Shown here: in pieces, positions 9,209-18,017 of the stretch | How positions within the stretch are numbered: position 1 is the stretch's first letter | Layout: each line of letters opens with the position of its first letter | IMG/VR virus record: IMGVR_UViG_3300045988_170943 | Location: 356,241 to 420,240 of that record | DNA length: 64,000 nucleotides | DNA from: a virus | Strand: one strand, 5' to 3' | Program-made: the position numbers and the translations under genes | Notes under the pieces: generated by a model | Seen by the model: only the letters and a program-made list of their open reading frames with translations | Databases searched by the model: none | What the model was told of the DNA's origin: nothing

Positions 9209-10297
9209 ATGGCAGATAGAAACAGTGGTAGCGACCCGAAGTTGGAACTCTACAAGCGGTACCGGCCCAGCAGGTGGGATGAACTCGTTGGGCAGCAAAA
9301 GGTTGCTCACAGTATCCAGGCGGCACTAGCCGCAAATCGGGTCCCTACTGCCTATGGTTTCTTTGGCCCGCGTGGATGCGGTAAGACTAGCGCCGCATTC
9401 ATCTTGGCGAAGTCCCTCAACTGCCTCAACATACAGGACGGCCAGAACCCTTGTAATGAGTGTGACGTGTGCCAGGCTATTGACGACCGCTCCCAGCCGG
9501 GCGTCCAGTACATCAGCATGGCGAACCATGGCAGTGTTGACCATATCCGGGAACTTATGCGTGACTCCAGTCAGGCGACCTACATCAACCGGGCTGTCAT
9601 CATCATGGACGAGGTGCACAACATCAGCCGCAGCGCATTTGACTCGATGCTGACTACGATAGAGGATGAGCACACTCCAGCCCTTATGATCTTCTGCTCC
9701 ACTGAAGAGGACAAGATCCCCGACACTATCATCTCCCGGCTTCAGGCCCGCACCTTCCGGCTCGTGAACAGTGATGACATGATTGGTCTCGTATCCCGAA
9801 TTCTGGACGAGGAGGATGTGTCTGTCAGTGACGAGGCCCTGCTGGAAGTGATTCAGCGTGGTCGCGGGTCTGTGCGTGACACCTTGTCTGTGTTGGAGGG
9901 CCTGATCGTTGGCGGGGACCTGTTGGAGCGTCCTGCCGGGCTGGGGATCCTGGAGGCGTTGGCTGCCCTGGACGTGCCTGGGTGCTTGAAGGCTGTGAAG
10001 GAAGGGTCGGATGCGGGCTACAGTGGACGAACTATGGCTGAGGGTTTGTTCTCGGACCTCGTGAGCGTCATACAGGCGGTTTCTGGTGTTCGAGGCGTCG
10101 TACCTCCAGTGCGGGATGTTCAGGGCTTCTATGACGCCATGGGCGGGTTGCGTGGCCTGTTCGCGGTGGAGCGCGAGGTGGGGGACGCTATCAATCGTAT
10201 GTCCATTGGGGCGGACTCTCTGATCCTGTTCCAGATTGCTCTTTTCAACGCTTTGGATAAGTTGAGGGACATCAGAGATGGTGTAGGCAAGAAGTAG
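9209..10297 (+). CDS. dnaX: DNA polymerase III gamma/tau (DnaX)-like clamp-loader ATPase
   Basis: KRYRP...GQQ, Walker A GPRGCGKTS, Zn module CNECDVCQ, Walker B IIMDEVH, and sensor SRLQARTF. Confidence 0.8.
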   Translation: MADRNSGSDPKLELYKRYRPSRWDELVGQQKVAHSIQAALAANRVPTAYGFFGPRGCGKTSAAFILAKSLNCLNIQDGQNPCNECDVCQAIDDRSQPGVQYISMANHGSVDHIRELMRDSSQATYINRAVIIMDEVHNISRSAFDSMLTTIEDEHTPALMIFCSTEEDKIPDTIISRLQARTFRLVNSDDMIGLVSRILDEEDVSVSDEALLEVIQRGRGSVRDTLSVLEGLIVGGDLLERPAGLGILEALAALDVPGCLKAVKEGSDAGYSGRTMAEGLFSDLVSVIQAVSGVRGVVPPVRDVQGFYDAMGGLRGLFAVEREVGDAINRMSIGADSLILFQIALFNALDKLRDIRDGVGKK

Positions 10298-10351
10298 CGC
10301 CTGGAAGAAAACACCTGAGGTCAACATGTGTTGAGTTTTTGGGCATTAAGA

Positions 10352-10408
10352 ACGGCGGCCATATGTAGAAGTTAAAGCACCTCTACGGCCGCCGTTTTTC
10401 GTTGCTTA
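10352..10408 (+). terminator. rho-independent terminator
   Basis: Stem aacggcggcc...ggccgccgtt followed by tttcgtt. Confidence 0.7.
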
Positions 10409-10580
10409 AGTGTCCTTGCGCACCAATATCAGAAACAATAGCCCTCCAGACGTTGTAACAGAAAGCCCTGACGCTCAACGGAACAGCCCCAGAAACGGGG
10501 TTGAACACAGGTCGTCATATGTGCTACAGTGACATGCTGCATGCCTGAAACCGTTGATAGAACTGTGAGGATTTAACTAC

Positions 10581-11120
10581 ATGACGTACGCACTCTCAAT
10601 CGTCCTGGGTCTGGTGGCGTCCGGCCTGCTGGCTGCCATCTCATACTCGTCACGCAACAGGACGATAACGATCCTGTCTGCGGTCATGTCTGGTATCGTC
10701 TGCGGCCAGTACGTCCTGCTCAACCACCCCGGCGCGGCAGTCCTCAGCGCCATCTCCCTCGTCTTCTCTATCGCATCGCTCTCGCTCAGCAAATCCAGAG
10801 CATGGAGACCCAAGGTCGTGCTCGTTACCATGATCCTGTCAATGGTTACCGCCCAATGGATCATCAACGGCGTCAGTGTTGGATATGAGACGTTACCACT
10901 GGTCGGGTCTGTGCTCATGGCGTCACTGATCTGCATTCACAACCGGGTTGCCATCAAGACCATCCAGTTCATCGCTGGGATCGTGTGGATCATCTACCAG
11001 GTGCATGTCGGCGCGTGGGGTCAGATGCCAGGAGAGGTCATCTACTTCATCGCATGGTGGCTGTCAGTCGCACCCAGCAAGTCACGAACTCTAGGTCTGG
11101 CGGTCGCTTCTGGCCGCTAG
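10581..11120 (+). CDS. small polytopic membrane protein, hypothetical
   Basis: About 5 predicted TM helices. RBS tgagga. Confidence 0.55.
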   Translation: MTYALSIVLGLVASGLLAAISYSSRNRTITILSAVMSGIVCGQYVLLNHPGAAVLSAISLVFSIASLSLSKSRAWRPKVVLVTMILSMVTAQWIINGVSVGYETLPLVGSVLMASLICIHNRVAIKTIQFIAGIVWIIYQVHVGAWGQMPGEVIYFIAWWLSVAPSKSRTLGLAVASGR

Positions 11121-11294
11121 AGCCGGAGTGACGTGCCATCCGCATTCTGACACAACATATAGTATGGTTGCATCACTGTAAACACCACAGGTAGTGCTTT
11201 CGTCCCTACCGTCCAAGAGTCTGTCACGTTAGATACTTACAAGAACCAAAAACGAGACAAGAACCAAGAAAGACAGCAGGAGGACTGCACAGGT

Positions 11295-13283
11295 ATGAAC
11301 CTTACCAGCGTGATCGACAACTACTGCGGCCATGACGAGAAGATCATGGACGAGAACGCAAACAAGGACAGCAAGGTGTTCGCCACCCAGAGAGACCTTC
11401 TGGCCGGGGCAATCAGCAAAGAGTACGCACTAGAGAAACTACTCCCCAAGAACGTCGCCGAAGCACACAAAAAAGGATGGATACACTTCCACGACCTAGA
11501 CTACGTACTCAATGCCTCCGGGGGCCTGTTCAACTGTATGCTGATCGACTTCCCCGGAATGCTCGCCCACGGGTTCACGCTAGGCAACGCGGAGATCGAA
11601 CCACCCAAGTCCCTCCACACCGCCGGAGAGGTCATCCCCCAAATCGTTGCCAACGTGTCCAGCAATATGTACGGAGGTGTCTCTGCACACAGGATAGACG
11701 AGTTCCTGGAACCATATGCCATCCTGTCCTACCGGAAACACCTCTGCCGTAACCTCGCCAGAGCCGCCCAGTACACGGGAGTCACCATCACCCCAACCCA
11801 GGTGGCTGCCCTCGCCGAGCACTACGTACAGGCGTGCCCACAGACAGACAACGAGTTCAAGAACGACACCCCAGCCACCACCCCTGTGCCACCAGGGCAG
11901 TCCCCCTTACCCCTGGCGGCACAGGACATAGCCGTCAAGGACGCCATCAGCGACACCGGTAAGGAAGTCGCAGACACGTGCCAGTCATTGGAGTACGAGT
12001 GCATGGCACTCTTCAGTGGAAACGGACAAACCCCATTTTTCACCTTTAACCTGGGGTTGGGGACCGGCAAGTGGGCGCGCGAGATCCAGAAACACATCCT
12101 CAAAGTCAGGATCGAAGGACTCGGCCCTGAGAAACGCACCGCCGTCTTCCCGAAACTTGTCTACACCCTCAAGGAAAGCCACAACCTAAAACCAGGTGAC
12201 CCCAACTATGACATCAAGAGACTAGCCGTAGAATGCTCCACCAAACGCATCTACCCTGACATCCTCTCCTATGAGAAAGTCATGGAAATCTATGGCACCT
12301 TTGTCTCCCCCATGGGGTGCAGGTCATTCCTCAGTGACTACCGGGACAAGGACGGCAACCACGTCACCTATGGTCGTCGAAACATTGGGGTCGTCTCCCT
12401 CAACCTCCCCAACATCGCCCTCACTGTGAACACTCCCGACGAGTTCATGACCCTACTTGATCAGCGTATCCAGGCGGTCAAGGACGGCCTCATGTACCGT
12501 TACAACAGGCTCGCCAGCACCACAGCCAGAAACGCGCCCATCCTCTACCAGTACGGGGCGACCGGCCACAGGCTTAACTCCGATGAAACCGTGCAACGAA
12601 TCTTCAATGACGGTGAAGCCACAGCATCCATTGGGTACGTTGGCCTCCACGAGACAGCAACAAGATTCTGGGGTAACGACTGGCAGGACAACCCTGAAGC
12701 CAAGAACTTCACCATCCAGGTCCTCCGCCGCCTCAACCACTGGAAGGAAAAGTGGGCAGAAGAGACCGGTATAGCGTTCTCCGTCTACAGCACCCCAGCA
12801 GAATCACTCATCTCACGGTTCGCGGAAATCGACAAGGCAACCTTCGGCAGCATCAAGGACATCACAGACAAAGGCTACTACACCAACTCCTTCCACCTGG
12901 ACGTCCGCAAGCAAGTCACGCCGTTCGAAAAAATCGACTTCGAGGCAGACTACCCGCCACTAGCCGCTGGAGGAAACATCTGCTACGTAGAACAGCCATC
13001 CCTCATCAAAAACCCCGACGCCCTAGAAGCCATCTGGGACTACATGCACGACCGGGTTCCGTTCTCCGGTGTCAACACCCCCATCAGCCGATGCTACAAG
13101 TGCAACCACGAAGGAGACTTCGACGCTGACGCACGCGGATTCTACTGCCCCCAGTGCGGAAACCGCGATCCCCAGCAGTGCGAAGTTGTGGAACGGCTCT
13201 GCGGCTACCTCGGATCCGTGTCCATGCGTAAACCCATCAGCGGTCGCGTCAAGGAAATGAAATCCAGAGTCAAACACCAGTAA
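11295..13283 (+). CDS. nrdD: anaerobic ribonucleoside-triphosphate reductase (class III, NrdD)
   Basis: C-terminal Zn-ribbon CYKCNHEG...CPQCG and glycyl-radical motif ERLCGYLGS. About 660 aa. RBS aggagg. Confidence 0.85.
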   Translation: MNLTSVIDNYCGHDEKIMDENANKDSKVFATQRDLLAGAISKEYALEKLLPKNVAEAHKKGWIHFHDLDYVLNASGGLFNCMLIDFPGMLAHGFTLGNAEIEPPKSLHTAGEVIPQIVANVSSNMYGGVSAHRIDEFLEPYAILSYRKHLCRNLARAAQYTGVTITPTQVAALAEHYVQACPQTDNEFKNDTPATTPVPPGQSPLPLAAQDIAVKDAISDTGKEVADTCQSLEYECMALFSGNGQTPFFTFNLGLGTGKWAREIQKHILKVRIEGLGPEKRTAVFPKLVYTLKESHNLKPGDPNYDIKRLAVECSTKRIYPDILSYEKVMEIYGTFVSPMGCRSFLSDYRDKDGNHVTYGRRNIGVVSLNLPNIALTVNTPDEFMTLLDQRIQAVKDGLMYRYNRLASTTARNAPILYQYGATGHRLNSDETVQRIFNDGEATASIGYVGLHETATRFWGNDWQDNPEAKNFTIQVLRRLNHWKEKWAEETGIAFSVYSTPAESLISRFAEIDKATFGSIKDITDKGYYTNSFHLDVRKQVTPFEKIDFEADYPPLAAGGNICYVEQPSLIKNPDALEAIWDYMHDRVPFSGVNTPISRCYKCNHEGDFDADARGFYCPQCGNRDPQQCEVVERLCGYLGSVSMRKPISGRVKEMKSRVKHQ

Positions 13284-13304
13284 AGCCCCCGACACAGCAA
13301 CACG

Positions 13305-13358
13305 CGAGTGCGCCCCACCAGAATGCTATCAGGTTTCTGGGTGGGGCGCACTTATTCT
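13305..13358. terminator. bidirectional terminator between convergent nrdD and the HNH gene
   Basis: Stem agtgcgccccacc...ggtggggcgcact followed by tattctc. Confidence 0.6.
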
Positions 13359-13378
13359 CTGATCTGCAAACCTATAAG

Positions 13379-14518
13379 TCACCTCAGGGACTCCCGCAAC
13401 TTCATGATCTGACTGTTATAGACACCCCGAATACGCCCAGAGGACCTTCGGTCATAGCGCCCATCTTCCCCAACCTCAAACTGTTTCATGAACCTGTTAA
13501 TGTAGTCAATAGACTTCGACACCTTCTTAACCTGCTCAGGAGTCATCTCCTTATACAGGGCAAACCGGCGGAAACTCTCAATCCTTGACAGAACCTCATC
13601 CTTCTTATCCTCAGGGACCCTGCTGGTAGACTGCACCCACTCGTTCAAGTCCTTGTTACGTCGCTCACTGTTGCAGCCAATACACGCCAGGGCCATATTC
13701 CCGTAGCGAGTTGTGCCAGGAGGCGGATTCTTCGGGGTCACTGGTGTCAAATGCTCCCCGGATGCTGCATGCTCATTACCAACACCCGACTGAAACGGCT
13801 TGTGGCAGTAGCAGCAGCGGCCACCAAAGAACATAACCGAGGCAACATACCGCTCACGGGTCATGTCGTTCATCGCAGACGTCAAGATTATCCTTTGAGG
13901 CTGATGACGCCTACCATCATTGCGCCACTCAATTGAGGCCGTCATAGACTTGACGTTAGTAGCAATGATCCTTGAGAACTCCTTCAAATCGACATCATCA
14001 CCAAGGAACTCCCTCGTCCTCCTGGCGATTGGATCCTTACTTGACAAGAAAGCGTAAATGTTTCCCTCCGCTCTCTGAAAACGCCTCTGGAGCCTAGGAT
14101 CATTCAGCCTGTCCTCAAACTTGCTGTAGAAGTCCCGGATAAACGAATAGTCCTCATGAGAAAACTGCTCCGCCACAGACTCAACCGACTCATGGAACTC
14201 CTTCCGAGTCATGCTTCTACCGTAGTACGAGGACACCATGCCAGGAGTCGGTGTCGCCTTCTTCAAGGCCACCTCAGTGCTCTGCTCGCCTTCTTGCCGA
14301 GCCTTGTTCGTCGATGTCGCCAACGCGCCATGAGCCTTCGCCAGAACCTCCTCATTGAACGCCCGGATCGTCGCATCACTAGCGTCACTCATAATGTGCT
14401 GGCCGTGCTTACAGCGGCCCTTACCTACATTCTCCGGTTTCGCCCTGCACAAAGACAAGGTACCATCAGCGTTCTGCCCAAAACGACGCTCAACAGCCAC
14501 CACGAACCACACTCCCAC
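13379..14518 (-). CDS. HNH endonuclease
   Basis: CCYCHKPF...GEHLTPV...GNMALACIGCNSERRNK matches the HNH/Zn-finger signature. Start codon uncertain. Confidence 0.65.
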   Translation of the reverse strand: MGVWFVVAVERRFGQNADGTLSLCRAKPENVGKGRCKHGQHIMSDASDATIRAFNEEVLAKAHGALATSTNKARQEGEQSTEVALKKATPTPGMVSSYYGRSMTRKEFHESVESVAEQFSHEDYSFIRDFYSKFEDRLNDPRLQRRFQRAEGNIYAFLSSKDPIARRTREFLGDDVDLKEFSRIIATNVKSMTASIEWRNDGRRHQPQRIILTSAMNDMTRERYVASVMFFGGRCCYCHKPFQSGVGNEHAASGEHLTPVTPKNPPPGTTRYGNMALACIGCNSERRNKDLNEWVQSTSRVPEDKKDEVLSRIESFRRFALYKEMTPEQVKKVSKSIDYINRFMKQFEVGEDGRYDRRSSGRIRGVYNSQIMKLRESLR

Positions 14519-14733
14519 AAAATCTCAAACCAGCAAACCCTATCACCCTAGGAATAAAGCCAGCACACTGTACACGACAGTAAACATTCCTACAGGACAT
14601 ATCTAAAACCACTTGTCCAGAACCAGCCGGACAACACTCCAACAAGCGCCCCTAAGAACGACAGGCACCAGAAGACCCAGAGTGTCACCCTTCTCATGCC
14701 ACAAACCTAGAGCAACGGGCGCAAGGAAGGCCC

Positions 14734-16518
14734 CTACCGGTCCTTACGCCACACAAACGAGCGCACACCACAATCGAACACCTGCACATACCCCTCCATC
14801 TGAAGCACGTCAGCATTCGACACCCTAGAACCATCCTCACGAAACCTCGGATAACGCTCACCCACCTCAAACCCCAACAGACGATCCGCACCCACACGCC
14901 TTGCAGCAGAATCTCGCACATACGCCGGACCCTCACCACCCACCACACGCACCCACATCGAGTTAGGCCGCCCCGTACGCTCAGCAACCCAACCCGCAAA
15001 CATTGACTCCGTACGCCCAGTCCCCGTCGCCAAATCCACATACGACACCACCGACACCGGGTCCACCTCACGGAAAAACACGCTGTCACACCGGCTGAAA
15101 CCACCCTGCACATGCCACCCCAGCCGCGAACACGACCGAATAGCCTCCCACTCCACATTAGACCTGAACCGGGCAGGACCATACGACTGCACATGCACCA
15201 AATCCCCCCTATAGGTCAGACCCACACAGAACGTCTGACCATTCGCCGCCCCCAACAAGTGATTCTCCCGGAAAAACCGGTTCGCATCCGCCTGAGACAA
15301 CGACACAACCTCACACTCACGAGCCCCAACCGAATACGGGCAAACCCCCAACTTCGCCGCCACCATAGACGCAAAAATACCCTCATCCATCCAGTCAAAA
15401 TACTGCATCAACGTCACCCCCGCAGACTCCGCCACAAGTGCACGCTCCTGATGGTGACGAGGCTCAACCGGCAGATGCCTCTTGCGTCCGCACGAACCAG
15501 ACTCCACAAACTCTGTACACCTGCCCGTCGCATGAGCAAACGACACCGTACTATTATGCGAGAACGACGGGTTGACATCCACCAACACACCCCCACACCC
15601 AAGATCAGCACACCACACGCCGCCACCATCACCAGCAGACCCGAACGCCACCTCAGTATCAAACCGGTGCCCAGTGACCTCCTCCAAGCGGGCCTTCCAC
15701 CCCAGATTCACCTTAGACACGCGCCCACCACTAGCAGCAGCACGCTTTTGAACCTCAGGCAACTGGAAGATGTTCTCAACCCCATACCTCTCCAACATCG
15801 TCACCCGGTTACGCTCCGCAAACCCAGGCGCAGTGAACACACACTCAGAACCATACCGCTCCAACACAGTAGCACGCCCCCTAGCCTGAACCTCTTTGCT
15901 CATCATCGGGCTGCGCACCCCAAACCGCTCCATGAACGTCCGCTCACGCTTAGCACGCACCTCAGGAGACAACGAAGGATTCGTCACCCCATAGTGAGCC
16001 ATCAAAGTCTCAGCCTTCTTCGCCTTCACCTCCTCCACCTGAGACACGTTCTTAACACCATACCGCTCCATCACCGTCGCATCATGCTTACGCTGACGAT
16101 CCTCATAGTCAATGAGCCCCCTGGAACACGCCTTCGAGCACGACAAGGAAGGCTGATACACATCCACCTCAAACTCCTTCCCGCACACCACACAAGTACG
16201 ATAATGCGGGCCAGGACAGTACTTCGCCGTACTCCGGTCAGCAGTGAACTCACGACCACACCCATCAAACTGGCAAACACACTCCACCACAGGACGATGC
16301 GCACGATAATACACGCCAGAACACTTCTTAGAACAGAACCGCAAAATCTTGACCCCAGGCTTCCGCTGCAACACCTGCCCACCACAAACCTCACACTCAG
16401 TATAGTGCGGGCCAGGACAGAACCGGTTAGTCCTCATCTTCGGAGTGAACTCTTTACCACAGAACTCACACTGGCGTACAGGCAGATCGACCACGGAACA
16501 CACCCCAAAATCAACCAA
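14734..16518 (-). CDS. homing-endonuclease-like protein: tandem Zn-ribbons followed by 5 ERYGVxN repeats
   Basis: CEFCGKEF...FCPGPHYTEC repeated 3 times, then 5 repeats of the (T/V)xMERYGVxNxxQ type. C-terminal domain unassigned. Confidence 0.5.
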   Translation of the reverse strand: MVDFGVCSVVDLPVRQCEFCGKEFTPKMRTNRFCPGPHYTECEVCGGQVLQRKPGVKILRFCSKKCSGVYYRAHRPVVECVCQFDGCGREFTADRSTAKYCPGPHYRTCVVCGKEFEVDVYQPSLSCSKACSRGLIDYEDRQRKHDATVMERYGVKNVSQVEEVKAKKAETLMAHYGVTNPSLSPEVRAKRERTFMERFGVRSPMMSKEVQARGRATVLERYGSECVFTAPGFAERNRVTMLERYGVENIFQLPEVQKRAAASGGRVSKVNLGWKARLEEVTGHRFDTEVAFGSAGDGGGVWCADLGCGGVLVDVNPSFSHNSTVSFAHATGRCTEFVESGSCGRKRHLPVEPRHHQERALVAESAGVTLMQYFDWMDEGIFASMVAAKLGVCPYSVGARECEVVSLSQADANRFFRENHLLGAANGQTFCVGLTYRGDLVHVQSYGPARFRSNVEWEAIRSCSRLGWHVQGGFSRCDSVFFREVDPVSVVSYVDLATGTGRTESMFAGWVAERTGRPNSMWVRVVGGEGPAYVRDSAARRVGADRLLGFEVGERYPRFREDGSRVSNADVLQMEGYVQVFDCGVRSFVWRKDR

Positions 16519-16620
16519 CAGAAACTACCCAAGTATATCCGCGCACACCCCGGAAGTCAAGGGATATTCCACCGCAGACACCTCACCTACCACACCAAGA
16601 CGGAAGAGGCAACACAACCA

Positions 16621-17715
16621 ATGCGCGTCACCTCCATCAAAAAGATAGACCCCAAGCCATCACGCTGCATCGAAGTCACCGGAGAAGACCGACTTTTCGC
16701 AGCAGGAGGCCAAAACGGCCACTCCATCGTCTCCCACAACAGCGTTACACAGCGCATCATCATTAACAGCGTCATCATGCGCCCCGACAGGTGGCGACTC
16801 CTCGGCATCGACCTGAAAAAAGTCGAGTTATCGCGCTACCGCAAATACAGTAACGTCGTCCTCGGAGTAGCCACCGAGATGGAGGATGCCGTAACAATCC
16901 TCAAGTTCGCGCATCAGACCATGATGAAGCGTTACTCAGAGATGGAACAGTTGGGAATCAACAACTTCGTCAACCTCCCTGAGCCTGGTTTTTCTCTCAT
17001 GATCCTAGCCGACGAGATCGGTGAGCTCTTCGGGGCGTCTGGTAATAAATCCGATGAAGGCAAGGCTAAGGACGCGATGGCTAGCGAGTGTCAGTTCATC
17101 GCCGGATCTATTCTTCGTCTAGGCCGTGCTGCGGGTGTTCACATGATTCAGGCTACGCAGCGCCCTGACGCGAAGTTGATCCCTGGTGAGTCTAAGGCTA
17201 ACCTGGCAGTTCGCATCAACTGTGGCCGCACAGATTCGACAGCCTCCAGCATGATTCTAGACAATAGTGAGGGGACTCGCGTACGCGGCTACCCTCGTGG
17301 TCGCTTGTGGTTGCAGATTAATGGCGTGGGGAATCATGCTCAGGGGTTTTGGGCTGATGAGGACTGGTTGGATGAGTGGTTGGCGTCTAAGGGGCTGAAT
17401 GCTGATGGTTCGCCTGTGGGTTCTGGGGGGCAGTCTCGTCTTGCTCATTTGGCGAATATGGGCGATTTTGATGGGACGGATTTGGATACTCAGTCGGGTG
17501 TGGATAATGCGTCTGTGATTGAGCGTATTCGTGAGGAGGATGAGTGGGGGTTTGATGATGAGGAGGGTGAGAGTGATCCTGCTCCAGCGTATGATGATGG
17601 CCCTATGGGGCGGCCTGAGTTGGGGTCTGTTGGTAAGGGTAGGGGGGATGCTGTGCGTGGTGATGGGGAGTGGGATCCGTTGATGCAGTTTGTTGCGGGC
17701 GAGAATAATGCCTGA
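16621..17715 (+). CDS. FtsK/SpoIIIE-type DNA translocase motor, C-terminal half, with a 40-aa IntC-like leader. N-half absent.
   Basis: Starts MRVTSIKKIDPKPSRCIEVTGEDRLFAAGGQNGHSIVSHN|S (intein blocks F/G with terminal HN and +1 Ser). The C-extein aligns with FtsK after Walker A (GSGK|S): ILADEIGELF as Walker B region, QATQRPD..IPG, ANL.VRI.C. RBS ggaagagg. Confidence 0.7.
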   Translation: MRVTSIKKIDPKPSRCIEVTGEDRLFAAGGQNGHSIVSHNSVTQRIIINSVIMRPDRWRLLGIDLKKVELSRYRKYSNVVLGVATEMEDAVTILKFAHQTMMKRYSEMEQLGINNFVNLPEPGFSLMILADEIGELFGASGNKSDEGKAKDAMASECQFIAGSILRLGRAAGVHMIQATQRPDAKLIPGESKANLAVRINCGRTDSTASSMILDNSEGTRVRGYPRGRLWLQINGVGNHAQGFWADEDWLDEWLASKGLNADGSPVGSGGQSRLAHLANMGDFDGTDLDTQSGVDNASVIERIREEDEWGFDDEEGESDPAPAYDDGPMGRPELGSVGKGRGDAVRGDGEWDPLMQFVAGENNA

Positions 17716-18017
17716 GTTATTTGTGGTGGTCTAGAGCTTTGCCTGAGGTAGTGCCTGTCGGCTTGTGGGGCGTGTTCTATAGGCTGGCGGGCGCCTTCCT
17801 TTCGCCTTGAGTGTGTAGGGTGCGTCTTCTGGGGTGTAGGTGCGCGCGGCTGCCATCAAGGGTCGCGGGGTGTCTGTGATTCTGGCCAGGGGTTGGGGTG
17901 TTTGTGTGTCTGGTGGCGGTTTTCCTTCCCCTTTGCTTGTGTTGCTCCTTGTTGACTTTGTGGTGGTTTGATGGTAGTGTGTTGGGCGGTTTAGTGTAGT
18001 GTGCGCCCTGTCTTGGC

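Noticed and set aside
15112-16620. Long + strand ORF (His/Arg/Pro/Leu-rich) that the ORF track fuses to the FtsK C-half
   Set aside because: It is the antisense shadow of the 594-aa minus-strand gene. Real coding on the + strand starts at the ATG at 16621, which has an RBS and intein block F/G.
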